Assembly (NCBI RefSeq): GCF_020745735.1
Contig: NC_083425.1
Span: 30,553,575 to 30,617,574 of the forward strand
Length of the DNA stretch: 64,000 nucleotides
Reading direction: 5' to 3'
Origin: Hemiscyllium ocellatum
Taxonomy: Eukaryota
Positions 63,184 through 64,000 of this stretch are shown one piece after another; position 1 is the first letter of the stretch, and each line of letters opens with the position of its first letter. The translations under genes and the position numbers were made by a program. The notes beneath the pieces are model-generated. The model made no database searches. It was not told where the DNA came from and saw nothing but the letters and a program-made list of their open reading frames with translations.

Positions 63184-63837
63184 GTTTGTGAGAAGATTTG
63201 TAGCTCAGGTGCTCGTTGTTGTGGTTCTGTTCGCTGAGCTGGGAGTTTGTGTTGCAGACGTTTCGTCCCCTGTCTAGGTGACATCCTCAGTGCTTGGGAG
63301 CCTCCTGTGAAGTGTTTCTGTGATGTTTCCTCCGGCAGTTATAGTGATTTGTATCTGCCGCTTCCGGTTGTCAGTTCCAGCTGTCCGTTGCAGTGGTCGG
63401 TATATTGGGTCCAGGTCGATGTGCTTATTGATTGAATCTGTGGATGAATGCCATGCCTCTAGGAATTCCCTGGCTGTTCTCTGTTTGGCTTGTCCTATAA
63501 TAGTAGTGTTGTCCCAGTCGAATTCATGTTGCATGTCATGGGACAACACTACTATTATAGGACAAGCCAAAGAGAGAACAGCCAGGGAATTCCTAGCGGC
63601 ATGGCATTCATCCACAGATTCAATCAATAAGCACATCGACCTGGACCCAATATACCGACCACTGCAATGGACAGCTGGAACTGACAACCGGAAGCGGCAG
63701 ATACAAATCACTATAAATGTCAGAGGAAACATCTCAGAAGCGCTTCACAAAAGGCCACCAAGCACTGAGGATGTCACCTAGACAGGGGACGAAATGTCTG
63801 CAACACAAATTCCCAGCTCGGCGAACAGAACCACAAC
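63184..63837. mobile_element. PLE fold-back of a distinct family: 300-bp arms, 22-nt loop, 33-nt tail, 15-bp TSD
   Basis: Arms 63217-63516 and 63539-63838 encode the GIY-YIG C-terminus HEFDWDNTTIIGQAK.RTAREFLEAWHS..SINKHIDLDPIY. agtgaagtaaggaaa at 63169-63183 and 63838-63852. Confidence 0.93.
63254..63293 (-). ncRNA. Minimal type I hammerhead ribozyme motif, intact core, sense to the MGAT5B pre-mRNA
   Basis: gca-CUGAGGA-u-GUCaCCU-agac-AGGgGAC-GAAA-CG-UC|ugc. The mirror copy at 63762-63801 (+) has GAAAUGUC. Confidence 0.75.
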
Positions 63838-64000
63838 AGTGAAGTAAGGAAAATGGGAAAAAAAAATAACATCTCTAAGAATGATTAGACATCTAAAAGA
63901 ATGAGATTCTCAGTTTGTGTTCAGTTTTGGGGTGTCAGAGATTGATTGTTGTAAAAATGAATTTTTAAATTCATTCACAGGAAGTGGGCATCACTGACGA

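Noticed and set aside
63274-63781. Mirror-image 152/153-aa ORFs as a bidirectional gene pair
   Set aside because: They result from the 300-bp inverted repeat; only the second half of each is PLE endonuclease C-terminus.

Overview
Eukaryotic, repeat-dense DNA, most likely from a cartilaginous fish (shark). This is inferred from HE1/V-type tRNA SINEs, Deu-domain SINEs and CR1, Rex1 and Penelope-like repeats. The only host gene I can support is the 3' part of MGAT5B (GnT-IX/Vb, alpha-1,6-N-acetylglucosaminyltransferase) on the minus strand. Its last five coding exons (52540-52394, 37770-37654, 19886-19812, 17109-16832, 12311-12113) splice in frame to the stop codon, and one intron has a GC-AG donor. 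The introns hold many CR1 fragments, a near full-length CR1 nested in a Rex1/Babar fragment, SINEs, and a composite element with a 34-bp VNTR. The most striking pattern is more than a dozen Penelope-like element (PLE) derivatives from about four sequence families. Most carry a minimal hammerhead-ribozyme motif (CUGANGA-stem-GAAA-CG-UH) and are flanked by 10-24 bp target-site duplications (TSDs). Several are fold-back hairpins or about 100-130 nt mini-elements whose inversion or truncation point falls in or next to the ribozyme. All calls were made by eye; repeat boundaries are approximate and family names need database confirmation.
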